Assembly (NCBI GenBank): GCA_963816395.1
Contig: CAWFKQ010000016.1
Coordinates: 512,001-576,000 of the forward strand
DNA length: 64,000 nt
DNA from: an uncultured delta proteobacterium
GTDB taxonomy: Bacteria; Desulfobacterota; Desulfuromonadia; Desulfuromonadales; JACZKF01
Direction: 5' to 3'
The notes below the pieces were generated by a model. The model made no database searches. It was not told where the DNA came from and saw only the letters and a list, made by a program, of their open reading frames with translations. Within the stretch, counting starts at the first letter, position 1; the number at the start of each line of letters is the position of its first letter. Positions 51,790 through 62,022 of this stretch are shown in pieces. A program made the translations under genes and the position numbers.

Positions 51790-52900
51790 TGCTCACCTCC
51801 GAAGGATAGTTGGCAAGGCTTTCCCCGCCATCGAAGTACCGCATCACGCCTTCGCCCAGCGCCTCCATTTCGTTTTCGCCGGGGACCAGGTGGATCGGCG
51901 CGATGAAGGAAATCCGCTTCCGCAAATGGGCCATCAGGGTCTTGGAGTACACCAGGCTTCCGGTCAGGGCAATGGCGTCCACCCGGCCTTCCAGAACGGC
52001 TGCGCATCTCCCGACTTCCTTGGCCACCTGGTAGGCCATTGCTTCAAAAACCTCTGCGGCTTTCCGGTCGCCAGCCGCAATCCTCTGCTCGATCTCGATG
52101 CCGCTGGTGGTGCCCAGGTGGGCAATGAGCCCGCCGCCACCGGTCAGGAATTTCAAAATTTCTTCTTGGCTGTACTTGCCGCTGAAGCACAGTTTGACCA
52201 GGTCGGAGGTGGGCACCGACCCGGAGCGCTCAGGGGAAAACGGCCCGTCGCCATCAAGGGTACCGTTGACGTCCACGACCTTGCCGTTCTGATGCGCTCC
52301 GACGGAGATGCCGCCGCCCAGGTGAACCACGATCAGGTTCACCTCGTCATACTTCCTGCCAAGTCCGTGCGCGATCTTCTTGGCCGTTGCCTTCTGGTTC
52401 AGGGCGTGGAAGCTGCTCTTACGTCTAATCAGAGGAATTCCGGTGTATCTGGCCAGTGGGGATAATTCATCCGTCACCGGGACATCGACCGTGAAAACCG
52501 GGATATCGAGTTCCTTCCCGAGGTCATAGACGATCAGGCAGACGACGTCGCCTGCATGCCTGCCGTAGGCGCCACTTCTCTGGTCGGCGACCATCCGGTC
52601 GCAAATCCGGTAAATACCTCCCGCTACCGGTTGGCAGTTCCCCCCCCGGCAGGCAATGGCATCCAGATCGGCCAGAGCAATACCATGCTTTTGGGCGACG
52701 TTTAAAATAACGTTTTTCCTGAAATCATATTGTTCCCAGATGTCTTTAAACGGCTTCAATTCGTCGGCGGAATGCCCGACAGATTCGTTGAACGCCATCT
52801 TTTCTGACTCATACAGGGCAATTTTGGTTGAGGTTGACCCTGGATTGATAATCAGGATTCTTCTCTTAGTTTTCATCTTCTCACTCGAACTTGACTGCAC
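51770..52900 (-). CDS. buk: Butyrate-kinase-family acyl kinase (copy 2; alternative start 52876)
   Basis: INPGSTSTK, FHALNQKA, HLGGGISVG, PGENEM. Confidence 0.9.
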   Translation of the reverse strand: MQSSSSEKMKTKRRILIINPGSTSTKIALYESEKMAFNESVGHSADELKPFKDIWEQYDFRKNVILNVAQKHGIALADLDAIACRGGNCQPVAGGIYRICDRMVADQRSGAYGRHAGDVVCLIVYDLGKELDIPVFTVDVPVTDELSPLARYTGIPLIRRKSSFHALNQKATAKKIAHGLGRKYDEVNLIVVHLGGGISVGAHQNGKVVDVNGTLDGDGPFSPERSGSVPTSDLVKLCFSGKYSQEEILKFLTGGGGLIAHLGTTSGIEIEQRIAAGDRKAAEVFEAMAYQVAKEVGRCAAVLEGRVDAIALTGSLVYSKTLMAHLRKRISFIAPIHLVPGENEMEALGEGVMRYFDGGESLANYPSEVSSAEMSG

Positions 52901-52917
52901 AACCGCCCTTTCAGTCA

Positions 52918-52953
52918 GGACCGGGGACTGGAGTACCTCCAGATCCCCGGTCC
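52918..52953. other. Strong intergenic hairpin downstream of the solute-binding gene
   Basis: GGACCGGGGACTGGAG-TAC-CTCCAGATCCCCGGTCC, no U-tract. Confidence 0.6.
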
Positions 52954-52972
52954 GCGAGTATCCCGACCTGGA

Positions 52973-54187
52973 TCAGGGTTCTTTCCCCGGATCCTTGACA
53001 TCCTTGATGGTTTCGAACTCGACATTGTAAATCTTGTCACCTATTTTTTCCGCTTTCCGGATGTAGACATTCTGAACGATGTCGCGCGTTTCCGGGTCGA
53101 TATAGATCGGGCCGCGCGGGCTCGCTATCTTCAGACCCTTGAGCACGGCCATCGCCTTGTCGCCATCGATGTTGCCGTTCAGCTCCCTGATCACGGTGTA
53201 GATGGCAGCCATGCCGTCATAGGCGCCGATCGCATGGGCATTGGGGCGGGTATTCGGATCGATTTTCTTGTAGGCGGCGATAAAGGCGGCATTCTCCGGG
53301 GAATCATGGGCGGCCGAGTAGTGGTAGCTCGAAATCATGCCCAGGGTGGCATCCCCCATCGAATCCATCGCACCATCGTCCAGCACGTCGCCGGTCGCCA
53401 GCAGGCGGACACCTGCCGCCGCCAGACCACGCTCCTGGAAGGACTTCATGAAAGATACCCCCATCTGGCCGGTAGGGAGAAAGACGAAGAGACCCTGCGG
53501 CTGGCCATCCTTGATGCGCTGCACGTAGGGAGCGAACTCCAGGGTTTTCAGCGGGACGCGCACTTCGCCGACGATTTCTCCACCCTTCGCTTTAAAAGCC
53601 TTCTGGAAAGCGGCTTCAGCATCATGGCCCGGGCCGTAGTCGGCCACCAGCGTGTAGACTTTGCGGAAACCGTTGTCATAGGCCCATTGCGCCATCGGCG
53701 CGGAGACCTGGGGAAGCGTGTGCGAAGTCCGGGCGATGTAAGGGGACTTGGCAGTGATGATGGAGGTCGCGGCCAGCATGTCGATCAGGGGGATTTTCGC
53801 CTCGGTGGCGATCGGCGCGCAGGCGAGTGCATCCGGGGTAAGGCCGAAACCGGCGAGAAAGTCCACCTTGTCCTGCACGACGAGCTCCTGGCAGAGCCGT
53901 TTCGCAACGGCCGGCAAGGGGCCGGTGGTATCCTTGAAGACCAACTCAATTTTCTTGCCGGCGACGGTATCGCCGTGCTGCGCCATATAAGTCTTGATGG
54001 CGTTGGTCATCTGCTTTCCGGAATCGGCAAAAGGCCCGGTCAATTGGAGAACGAGCCCGATCTTGATCGTGTCCGAGGCGGCAAAAGCCGGGCCGGCACA
54101 CAGCATAAGCACCCCACAGACAATGACCAATAAACTGCTCGTCGTCCTGCTGCGAGTTCGTGTCATACCAGGTGTCCTTTCTCTCAT
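52973..54187 (-). CDS. Liv-type ABC solute-binding protein (aromatic-acid-binding type)
   Basis: Signal peptide, IKIGL..TGPFA, GFGLTP, DYGPGHDAE, SPRGPI.IDPETRDIVQ. Confidence 0.88.
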   Translation of the reverse strand: MRERTPGMTRTRSRTTSSLLVIVCGVLMLCAGPAFAASDTIKIGLVLQLTGPFADSGKQMTNAIKTYMAQHGDTVAGKKIELVFKDTTGPLPAVAKRLCQELVVQDKVDFLAGFGLTPDALACAPIATEAKIPLIDMLAATSIITAKSPYIARTSHTLPQVSAPMAQWAYDNGFRKVYTLVADYGPGHDAEAAFQKAFKAKGGEIVGEVRVPLKTLEFAPYVQRIKDGQPQGLFVFLPTGQMGVSFMKSFQERGLAAAGVRLLATGDVLDDGAMDSMGDATLGMISSYHYSAAHDSPENAAFIAAYKKIDPNTRPNAHAIGAYDGMAAIYTVIRELNGNIDGDKAMAVLKGLKIASPRGPIYIDPETRDIVQNVYIRKAEKIGDKIYNVEFETIKDVKDPGKEP

Positions 54188-54302
54188 GGCGTTCTCCTTT
54201 GGTGAATCCTAGGGGCCCTAGGGAAAATCTGAGGAGGCAATACCCCCCAGACGATGTTGAAACGAGCTGCCCGCCATGCGAGATAAGCCCGGCGAGAAAA
54301 AA

Positions 54303-55112
54303 TCAGTAAGACATCAGGACCGGCAGGGTCATATCCCGCAGGAGCTGGCGGCCGACGGGTCCGAACACCCGTTTTCCCCCGGCCGTGTGGGCATAGACAC
54401 CGACCACGAGAAGGTCACACCCCTTGTCCCAGGCAAAATTCATCAAGATATTCGCCACCGGGATGTCGGCGGCCGGGATCTCTTCGCCGCTACACGACAG
54501 GCCGTGCCGCTGCAGGTGGGAGCAGAGGTCGCTGCAGGAGGGCTGCCGCAGGCGCGGATCGGCGGCAGTTCTTATGGAAAGGGCATAGATCTTCTTGGCC
54601 TTCATCAGCAGCGGCAGGGCGTCATTGACCGCCCGCGCCGAAGCGCGCGCGCCGCGCCAGGCCACAATTGAACAGGTGCCGACGGAGGTAAACTCCCCGG
54701 CATCGGGAACAATCAGCACCGGGCGCCCCGAACCGAAAATGATCCGCTCCGGCAGATCGGCCGGCGCGCCGTCCGGTAGCCTCTGCGCGCCGGCCTGGCC
54801 GAGGATGACGAGGTCGCGGGTGTGCGCGTAGTGATTGATGGCTGCAGCCACGCCGGCCTCGGCAATCCCCCCCTGCGCCAGGATCCACTCGACGGCAACG
54901 GCCGCCTTGGCCGCCGCCTGCCGAAGTTTTTGCTCGGCGGCCATCGCCTGTCGTTTCAGCCCTTCATACGCAGGCGCATAAGGGGGCTGGGTGAGCACAA
55001 ACAGCCCGGTCAGCTGCGCGCCCTGCTGGCGGGCCAGATGGATGGCCAGCTCGACCCTCTTGGCGCACGGCGGCGTCTCGTCGATGTGGAGGAGAATATC
55101 CTTGAAGCCCAT
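54303..55112 (-). CDS. Tandem universal stress protein
   Basis: MGFKDILLHID, DLVILGQ, SGRPVLIVP, DLLVVGVY, LPVLMSY. Confidence 0.85.
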   Translation of the reverse strand: MGFKDILLHIDETPPCAKRVELAIHLARQQGAQLTGLFVLTQPPYAPAYEGLKRQAMAAEQKLRQAAAKAAVAVEWILAQGGIAEAGVAAAINHYAHTRDLVILGQAGAQRLPDGAPADLPERIIFGSGRPVLIVPDAGEFTSVGTCSIVAWRGARASARAVNDALPLLMKAKKIYALSIRTAADPRLRQPSCSDLCSHLQRHGLSCSGEEIPAADIPVANILMNFAWDKGCDLLVVGVYAHTAGGKRVFGPVGRQLLRDMTLPVLMSY

Positions 55113-55117
55113 ACGGA

Positions 55118-55846
55118 TCACCCCAGCCTCTGTAAGGGGGCTGTCTCGGCAGGCAGACGGACGCCCACCCACCGTTCCAGCACAGTCAGGTCCTTGCGCA
55201 GTTGCGCACTGTCGGCGGTCAGCACCACGCGGCCGCGGTCCAGGACCACGGCCCGATCGGTCAGCCGCAGGGCCTGTTCGGCGTGTTGTTCCACCAGGAT
55301 CAGGGACTGGCCCTGCGTGTGCACCATATCGGCGATCGCCGCACAGAGCTCTTCCACGATCACCGGCGCCAGCCCCTCCAGCGGTTCATCCAGCAGGAGC
55401 AGCTGCGGATTGAGCATCAGCGCCCGGCCAATCGCCAGCATCTGCTGCTCCCCGCCGGAGAGCTGGTTGCCGAAATATTTGCGCCGGGCCTGCAGGCGCG
55501 GAAACAGGGTGTAGATCCGCTGCAGGTCCCACTGGCCGGGAAGCGAGGTCACCGTCAGGTTTTCCTCCACCGTCAGGGAGGGGAAGACTTCCCGTTCCTG
55601 CGGCACCCAGCCGAAGCCGGCCCGGGCGCGGCGATAGGCCGGCATTTTCAACAAGTCCCGCCCCCGCCAGCGCAGCTCTCCCCGGTGGACCCGGGTATGG
55701 CCCATGAGCGTCAGCAGCAAGGTGCTCTTGCCGACCCCATTGCGGCCCAGCAGGGCCAGCGTCTCCCCTTCCTGCAGGGACAGGGAACAGTCATCCAGGA
55801 CGGTGGCTTCGCCGTAGCCGGCGAAGACGCCTTCAACCCTCAGCAT
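55118..55846 (-). CDS. livF: ABC ATPase (LivF-like)
   Basis: GRNGVGKS, LSGGEQQ, LLLDEP. Confidence 0.9.
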   Translation of the reverse strand: MLRVEGVFAGYGEATVLDDCSLSLQEGETLALLGRNGVGKSTLLLTLMGHTRVHRGELRWRGRDLLKMPAYRRARAGFGWVPQEREVFPSLTVEENLTVTSLPGQWDLQRIYTLFPRLQARRKYFGNQLSGGEQQMLAIGRALMLNPQLLLLDEPLEGLAPVIVEELCAAIADMVHTQGQSLILVEQHAEQALRLTDRAVVLDRGRVVLTADSAQLRKDLTVLERWVGVRLPAETAPLQRLG

Positions 55847-55848
55847 CT

Positions 55849-56607
55849 CTAGTGGCCTTTCCCCAGGTACACCTCGCGCACGCGTGGATCCATGGCAATC
55901 TCGGCCGGCGGGCCGGTCACCAGCTCTTCCCCATTGACCAGCACCGTGATCCGGTCGGCAAAATTGAACACCAGGTTCATGTCATGTTCGATCAGGAGAA
56001 TACTGATGTCTTTCGGCAGGGCCGCCAGCACCGCAAACAGCTCCTCACTCTCGCCCTCCGGGACCCCGGCGGCCGGTTCATCCAGCAACAGCATCTTCGG
56101 GCTGGCCGCCAGGGCCAGCGCCATTTCCAGCAGGCGCTGTTTGCCGTAGGCGAGCTGGTGGGTGCGGACAAAACAATCCCGGGCCAGGTTCAAGCGCTCC
56201 AGCAGGGCATAGGCTTCGTCGATTTCCGCAATGCGCCGCGACAGCCGGGAGAAGCGCCTCTTCAGCAGGTTCAGCTGCCGCTGCTTGCGCACGCAGATCG
56301 CGTTGGTGACGGACTCCAGGGGCGTTAGATGGGCAAAGAGGGTATTGATCTGAAAGGTGCGCGAGAGCCCGCGCCGGACGCGCTCATGGGCCGGCAGTTG
56401 GGTGATGTTGCGCCCTTCCAGCCAGATCGAGCCCTCCGAGGGCCGCAAGACGCCGGTGATCTGATTGATCAGGGTGGTCTTGCCGGCGCCGTTGGGGCCG
56501 ATCAGCGCATGCCGGGCGCCGGCTTCGACGGCCAGATTCACCCCCTTGGTGACCATCAGCCCGCCAAAGGATTTCCACAGGCCGCGCGTTTCCAGAACAG
56601 CACTCAT
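55849..56607 (-). CDS. livG: ABC ATPase (LivG-like)
   Basis: GPNGAGKT, LAYGKQR, LLDEPAAG, VREVYLG. Confidence 0.9.
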   Translation of the reverse strand: MSAVLETRGLWKSFGGLMVTKGVNLAVEAGARHALIGPNGAGKTTLINQITGVLRPSEGSIWLEGRNITQLPAHERVRRGLSRTFQINTLFAHLTPLESVTNAICVRKQRQLNLLKRRFSRLSRRIAEIDEAYALLERLNLARDCFVRTHQLAYGKQRLLEMALALAASPKMLLLDEPAAGVPEGESEELFAVLAALPKDISILLIEHDMNLVFNFADRITVLVNGEELVTGPPAEIAMDPRVREVYLGKGH

Positions 56608-57623
56608 GCGGGATCCTTTTTGCGCCGCCGCAGCAGCGGCGCCAACCGGCCCAGGCCGCCGAGAATGCCGCCGCGCAGGTAGAGGGTCAGCACGATCAGC
56701 AGCACCCCCAGCCAGAAGTTCCAGTACTGCGGATTGATGCTGGAGAGCTGGTCCTGGGCCAGCATGAAGACGGCGGCGCCGACAAACCCCCCGTAGAGCG
56801 TCGCCGTGCCGCCGATGATCAGCATGATCAGCAGCTCCGCCGAGCGCTCAAAGCTCAAGACATCGAGGCTGACGAACTGGGTCGACTGGGTCAGCAGCGC
56901 CCCGGCAACGCCGGCGAGCGCCGCCGCATAGGTGTAGATGCTGGTCAAGGTGGCATTGACGGGGATGCCGATGGCCAGGGCCCGGGTCGAATTGTCCCGG
57001 AAACTGCGCAGGGCGAGGCCGTAGGGGGAATGCATCATGCTGCGGGTGAGGGCAAACAGGACAAAACTCACCCCCAGCACATACAGGTAAGAGGTCCGCC
57101 CATAGAGATCGAAGGAGAAGTGGTTGAACAGCTTGGCGATCTCAATGCCCTGCAGGCCATCGACGCCGCCGGTGAGACCGGAGGCGCTGTTGGCCATCTC
57201 ATAGAGCAGCAGACCGATCCCCATGGTGATCATCAGGCGGGTCAGATCACTGCCCCGCAGCAGGAAAAAGCTGGTGAGATACCCCACCGCCGCGGCGACC
57301 AGGCCGGCCGCCAGCAGGCCGCTCAGCGGCTCGTGCCAGCCGTGGGCGGCCAGCAGGCCCGCCGTATACGCCCCCAGGCCGAAAAAGGCGGCATGGCCCA
57401 GGGTCACGATGCCGCCGTAACCGAGCACCAGGTCGAGAGAGAGGGCAAACAAGCCGGTGATCAGGATCTGGGAGGCGAACACCAGGTGGGTCGGAAAGGC
57501 GAAAAACAGGCCCAGCAGAGTGCTCCAGAACAGAATCTCCAGCGGCTGCCAGCCGTCGCGCGCCTGCAGGGCCTGAAGATAGCCCTTCTCGCGGGGCACC
57601 AGGGCACTGGGGGACGCGCTCAT
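56604..57623 (-). CDS. livM: ABC permease (LivM-like)
   Basis: LGHAAFFGLGAY, TGGVDGL. Confidence 0.88.
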   Translation of the reverse strand: MSASPSALVPREKGYLQALQARDGWQPLEILFWSTLLGLFFAFPTHLVFASQILITGLFALSLDLVLGYGGIVTLGHAAFFGLGAYTAGLLAAHGWHEPLSGLLAAGLVAAAVGYLTSFFLLRGSDLTRLMITMGIGLLLYEMANSASGLTGGVDGLQGIEIAKLFNHFSFDLYGRTSYLYVLGVSFVLFALTRSMMHSPYGLALRSFRDNSTRALAIGIPVNATLTSIYTYAAALAGVAGALLTQSTQFVSLDVLSFERSAELLIMLIIGGTATLYGGFVGAAVFMLAQDQLSSINPQYWNFWLGVLLIVLTLYLRGGILGGLGRLAPLLRRRKKDPA

Positions 57624-58489
57624 CGGGTCTTCCGCCGTCCCAGCAGCCCTTCGGGGAAGAGCAGCAGCAGCAGGATCATGGCCGCATAGATGATGAAGGC
57701 GCCCACCTGGGGCACATAGTACTTGCCGGCAATATCGGCCACCCCCAGCAGCAGCGCGGCCAGCAGGGTGCCGAGCACCGAACCGGGGCCGCCGACCACC
57801 ACGACCAGCAGAAAATAGACGAGATACTTGATCGCAAACTGCGGGTCCAGGCCGAGGACCTTGATGCCGAGGGCGCCGCCGAGGGCGGCCAGGCCGCTGC
57901 CGAGGGCAAAGGTGATCTGGAAGACCCGCTCGACCCGGATCCCCATCGCCGCCGCGGTGCGCTGGTTATCGACCGAGGCGCGGATTTTTGCCCCGAAACG
58001 GGTGCGCACCAGGCCGAAGAGCAGGGCGAGGGTGATCGCGGCGCCGATGGCCATCAGGAACAGGCTGTAGCGCGACATGTCGAGGCCGCCCAGGGAAAAC
58101 TGGCCGGAGAGCCCCGGCGGAATGACCACCGGCTGCGGATTCGGCCCCCACTGGAAATCGGCGCCCGCCGTGGCGATGAAAATGATCCCGACCGTCAGCA
58201 GCACCTGGTCGAGCGGGCTGCTTTTATACAGGGGGCGATAGAGCGTTCGTTCCAGGGCCAGACTGGCCAGGGCCACCGTGAGGAAAACCACCGGCAAAGC
58301 CGCCAGGAACCCCAGGCCCGCCTTGCCCATCAGGTCCACCAGCAGGTAGCCGCCCGCCATGGCGAAGACGCCATGGGCAAGGTTGTTGAAGCCCATCAGC
58401 CCCAGGGTAATGGAGAGCCCGACGGAGATGGCAAACAGCAGCATGCCAAAGGCCAGGCCGTCGAACAGAATGCCGAAAAAATTGAGCAT
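57620..58489 (-). CDS. livH: ABC permease (LivH-like)
   Basis: GLSITLGLMGFNNLAHG, TRFGAKIRA, VVGGPGS. Confidence 0.88.
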   Translation of the reverse strand: MLNFFGILFDGLAFGMLLFAISVGLSITLGLMGFNNLAHGVFAMAGGYLLVDLMGKAGLGFLAALPVVFLTVALASLALERTLYRPLYKSSPLDQVLLTVGIIFIATAGADFQWGPNPQPVVIPPGLSGQFSLGGLDMSRYSLFLMAIGAAITLALLFGLVRTRFGAKIRASVDNQRTAAAMGIRVERVFQITFALGSGLAALGGALGIKVLGLDPQFAIKYLVYFLLVVVVGGPGSVLGTLLAALLLGVADIAGKYYVPQVGAFIIYAAMILLLLLFPEGLLGRRKTR

Positions 58490-58623
58490 GAAAACTCCCA
58501 GCGGAAGTGAGTCCTGCTAGCCACTCATCGCCTAAAAATATTTGTTAGATCACGTGTTAATGGTCTCCTTCTGTCGGCAAGCCAGGGGGGATGGACCCTG
58601 GTGAGTTGGTGTACCCTTGGCGC

Positions 58624-59734
58624 CTATACCGTTTTCCCCGGATCGACCACCGCAGTAAGCCCCGATGCAGCGGTGGAACCACACCTGTGGAAGGTGGACA
58701 ACTCCGTCGGGTCGTAAACAGGGGTATCGGCCAAATTGCCGTTTCGCGCGTTGTCGGGGGGAAGACCCAGGACGGCCCTGGTGACCAGAGTCCTGGCGAT
58801 CTCGATCTTGTAGGCGTTTCGACTCAGCGGTTTGGCCCCGGCCATGGCCAGTTCGCCTGCCCGGGCGGCGGTATTCTCGTCGATGGCCCTGCCCCTTAAA
58901 AACTCCTCGGCCGCCACGGCCCGATGCGCTCCAGGGGCTACGGCACCGAGGGCGATGCGGGCCTCGCTGCAGACGCCCTTTTCCATGATGCTGACCGCCG
59001 CGACGCTGACGATGGCAAAATCGATGGGGCGGCGGAGGGTAAATTTGGAAAAGACCTGCCGTGACCGACCGGGGAGCGCCGGAACCTCGATTTCCCTGAT
59101 CATCTCGTCCCTGCCCAGACGATTGCCCAGCGGGGTGTAGAATTCCCTGACCGCGAGCCGCCGTTCACCGGCCGGCCCTGCCACCAGGATCTGGGCATCG
59201 AGGGCGGTCAAAGCTACGGCCATATCCGAGGGGCAGACGGCAAAACATTTCCGCCCCTCCAGAAGGGCGTGATAGCGGTTGTCGCCCCGCACGGCAAGGC
59301 AAGGCCCGCTCCCCTTGCGCGCGCATTGGATGGGGCCGCCGATGTGGCGCGGATAGCGGTAATAGCAGCAGCGCACATCCTGACAGAGGTTGCCGCCGAT
59401 GGTCGCCACATTGCGGATCTGTGGGCTGGCCACGGCCCGGGCCGCCTCGGCGAGAACGCCGTAACGCTCCCTGAGCAGTGGGGCGGCCGCCAGATCGGAG
59501 AGTTTTGCCAGTGCCCCAATCCGGAGGCACCCCTTGCTCCTCCCGGATGTAATCGAGGCCGCTGATGGTTTTGATATTGACGATCGCCTCCGGGTACGTC
59601 GGGAGGAATTCATCCTTCAGCAGACCGAAAAGATCGGTGCCGCCGGCATTGAGCCGCGCCTTGCCGTCGTGCTCCACCAGGGCCGCCACGGCCTGATCGA
59701 CGGTCAGCGCGTTGATATGGGTAAACGGCTTCAT
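58624..59734 (-). CDS. Xanthine-oxidase-family FAD subunit with [4Fe-4S] insertion (HcrB/PaoB-like); +1 frameshift near 59535
   Basis: AGGTDL, QIRNVATIGGN, RCCYYR..C......C..C..PSD insertion, DFAIVSVA. Confidence 0.88.
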
Positions 59735-62022
59735 GCTCCACCTCCTGTCCGGGGGCCGCGCGCAACCTTGCCCAAGGCCCTGAGGACTTTCTCCGGCGTG
59801 ACGGGATATTCGTGCAGCCAGACGCCGATGGCGTTGGAAACGGCCATCAGGATGGCCATCGGACCGGGGGATGTGGCCACCTCGCCGACCCCGATGGCCT
59901 TGAAACGGTGGCTGTCAACGGGGGTTTCCAGAACCACATTGTCGATGGCGGGGAGTTCGGCAAAGGTGCGCCATTTATAGTCGATCAGATTGGCGTTGAG
60001 GATGTGGCCCGTGGTGCTGTCGAGCACCGTTTCCTCGAAGAGGGCGCTGTCGATGCCGGAAGAGCCGAGGCAGCCGTTGAGCTGCCCTTCGAGGCCGGGG
60101 GGGTCGATGATCTGGCCGGCATCCGTGGCGTTGACGACCCGCAGGAGATCGACCTTGCCGGTTTCCGTATCCACCTCGACCTCGACGAAGGTCGTCATGC
60201 AGTTGGCCAGGGTATAATCCGGATCGAAACGGCCATAGCCCAGGATGGTCCGTTCATGGCCGATGGCCCGCCATGGGAGGCGCCGCTCCGGCTGCTCGTT
60301 GACAAAGATCACCCCGTCGGCAGTCTCCAGATCCTCGGGGTTTGCCGCCAGCAGCGGCGCGGCAAGTGCGAGGAGCTTTTCTCTGGCGTCTTCCGCCGCC
60401 TTGATGGCGGCGCTGCCGATGGCGTAGGTCCCCCGGGAGCCGACCGGGCCGAACTCAAACGGGTTGATCAGCGAATCGGCGGGGGTCACCGAGATCTGCT
60501 CCATGGGCAACTGCAGGACCTCGGCCACCATCTTGACGAAGTTGCTGCGCTGCCCGGTGCCATGCTCGGTGACGCAGGAGAACAGAATGGCGGTCCCGTC
60601 GGGATGCAAGCGCACATAGGCTTCCGACGAATCCTCGCCGATATCGGCATTGCCATGGACGCCGACGCCGATCCCCCTTCGCCTGGCGCCTTCCACGGCG
60701 CTGGGCTGCAGCCATCCCCGCCACTTTTCCTGCCAGCCGAACCGCCTGGCCCCCTGCTCCATGGCCTCCGAAAAATCGAGTCCCCGGTAGGTGTACCAGA
60801 CGCCATCACGCCAGAAGTAACCGTCCCCGGGCTTGACGTAGTTCTTCTTGATGAACTCCACCGGATCGAGATCGATCTTTTCCATGGCCTGGCAGAGGAG
60901 CGGGATGAAGGAGCATTTCAACTCCTGGCCGCCGAAGCCCCTGACACTCCCCGAGGCGTTGCGGTTGGTGCAGACAATGGTGGTCTTCAGGTCCCAGTTG
61001 GCGCAGCGGGTCATGAGCTGCACCTCGCCGCACCCGACGGCTACCTGGGCCTGGGTCGTCATGGAATAGTACCCCGTGTCGACCAGCCACCTGCCGGCAA
61101 CCGCCGTCACCGTCCCGTCGCGCTTCATGCCCACCCGGGCCTGCATCCGCGACCCCGGCCTGAGGACGAACGCCGCGATATGCTCTTCCTTGGTGAAAAT
61201 GAGCTTTACCGGCCGTCCCGTCGCCCGGCTCAGAAGGGTGGCGTAGGTCTGGACCTGCCACGACATGATCTTTGTGCCGAAGCTGCCGCCGCAGGCCGCG
61301 CCCTGGGTCCGCACCTCCACCTTCCTGCCGAAGATATAGAAGAGAACGATCTTGTCCAGATAGGGTGACTGATTGGATACCCACAGGGTCACCCGGTCAG
61401 GTTCCTCCCAGACAGCCACCGCCCCCGGCGGTTCCGGCGGAATGGGGTTGGGGATATTTTCATAGCCGAAGGTCCCTTCTGCGATCACATCGGCCTCGCG
61501 AAACCCCTGTTCCACATCGCCGGTGACCACCTCTCTCAGGCTTTTGGGCCCGTAGGCAGGGAAACCCGGGGTCACGACGTTGCCGGGCAACTCGTCGTAG
61601 AGCTGGGGAGCATCCGGCTGCAGCGCCTCTTCGACGTCAAATACGGCCGCGAGCGGCTCGTATTCGACAGCGATGAGGCCCAGCGCCTCCTTTGCGATCT
61701 CCTCGGTGGTGGCAGCGACGAGCGCCACGGCATCGCCGATATAGCGCACCTTCCGGTCGAGAATCCGGACGATGCGGGGCGTGCCCCCTTTCCAGTCCGG
61801 CACGTCCTCCCAGGTCAGCACGGCCTTGACCCCGGGCAGCTGCTCGGCCCGGCTCTTGTCGATTTTTTTGATCAGGGCATGCGGATGCGGACTGCGCAGC
61901 ACTTTGCCATAGAGCAGATTGGGAAACTTTATATCGTTCAGGTACTGGGTCGCACCGGTGACCACCTCCACCGCATCCTTGCGCCGAGTCGACTTGCCGA
62001 TAAAGCGATAGGTCCCGGTCAT
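59731..62022 (-). CDS. Xanthine-oxidase-family Mo-MCD large subunit (4-hydroxybenzoyl-CoA-reductase-like by context)
   Basis: LRSPHPHA, GGSFGTK, RGFGG, GSRGT, EVEVDTETG, GVGE. Confidence 0.88.
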   Translation of the reverse strand: MTGTYRFIGKSTRRKDAVEVVTGATQYLNDIKFPNLLYGKVLRSPHPHALIKKIDKSRAEQLPGVKAVLTWEDVPDWKGGTPRIVRILDRKVRYIGDAVALVAATTEEIAKEALGLIAVEYEPLAAVFDVEEALQPDAPQLYDELPGNVVTPGFPAYGPKSLREVVTGDVEQGFREADVIAEGTFGYENIPNPIPPEPPGAVAVWEEPDRVTLWVSNQSPYLDKIVLFYIFGRKVEVRTQGAACGGSFGTKIMSWQVQTYATLLSRATGRPVKLIFTKEEHIAAFVLRPGSRMQARVGMKRDGTVTAVAGRWLVDTGYYSMTTQAQVAVGCGEVQLMTRCANWDLKTTIVCTNRNASGSVRGFGGQELKCSFIPLLCQAMEKIDLDPVEFIKKNYVKPGDGYFWRDGVWYTYRGLDFSEAMEQGARRFGWQEKWRGWLQPSAVEGARRRGIGVGVHGNADIGEDSSEAYVRLHPDGTAILFSCVTEHGTGQRSNFVKMVAEVLQLPMEQISVTPADSLINPFEFGPVGSRGTYAIGSAAIKAAEDAREKLLALAAPLLAANPEDLETADGVIFVNEQPERRLPWRAIGHERTILGYGRFDPDYTLANCMTTFVEVEVDTETGKVDLLRVVNATDAGQIIDPPGLEGQLNGCLGSSGIDSALFEETVLDSTTGHILNANLIDYKWRTFAELPAIDNVVLETPVDSHRFKAIGVGEVATSPGPMAILMAVSNAIGVWLHEYPVTPEKVLRALGKVARGPRTGGGA

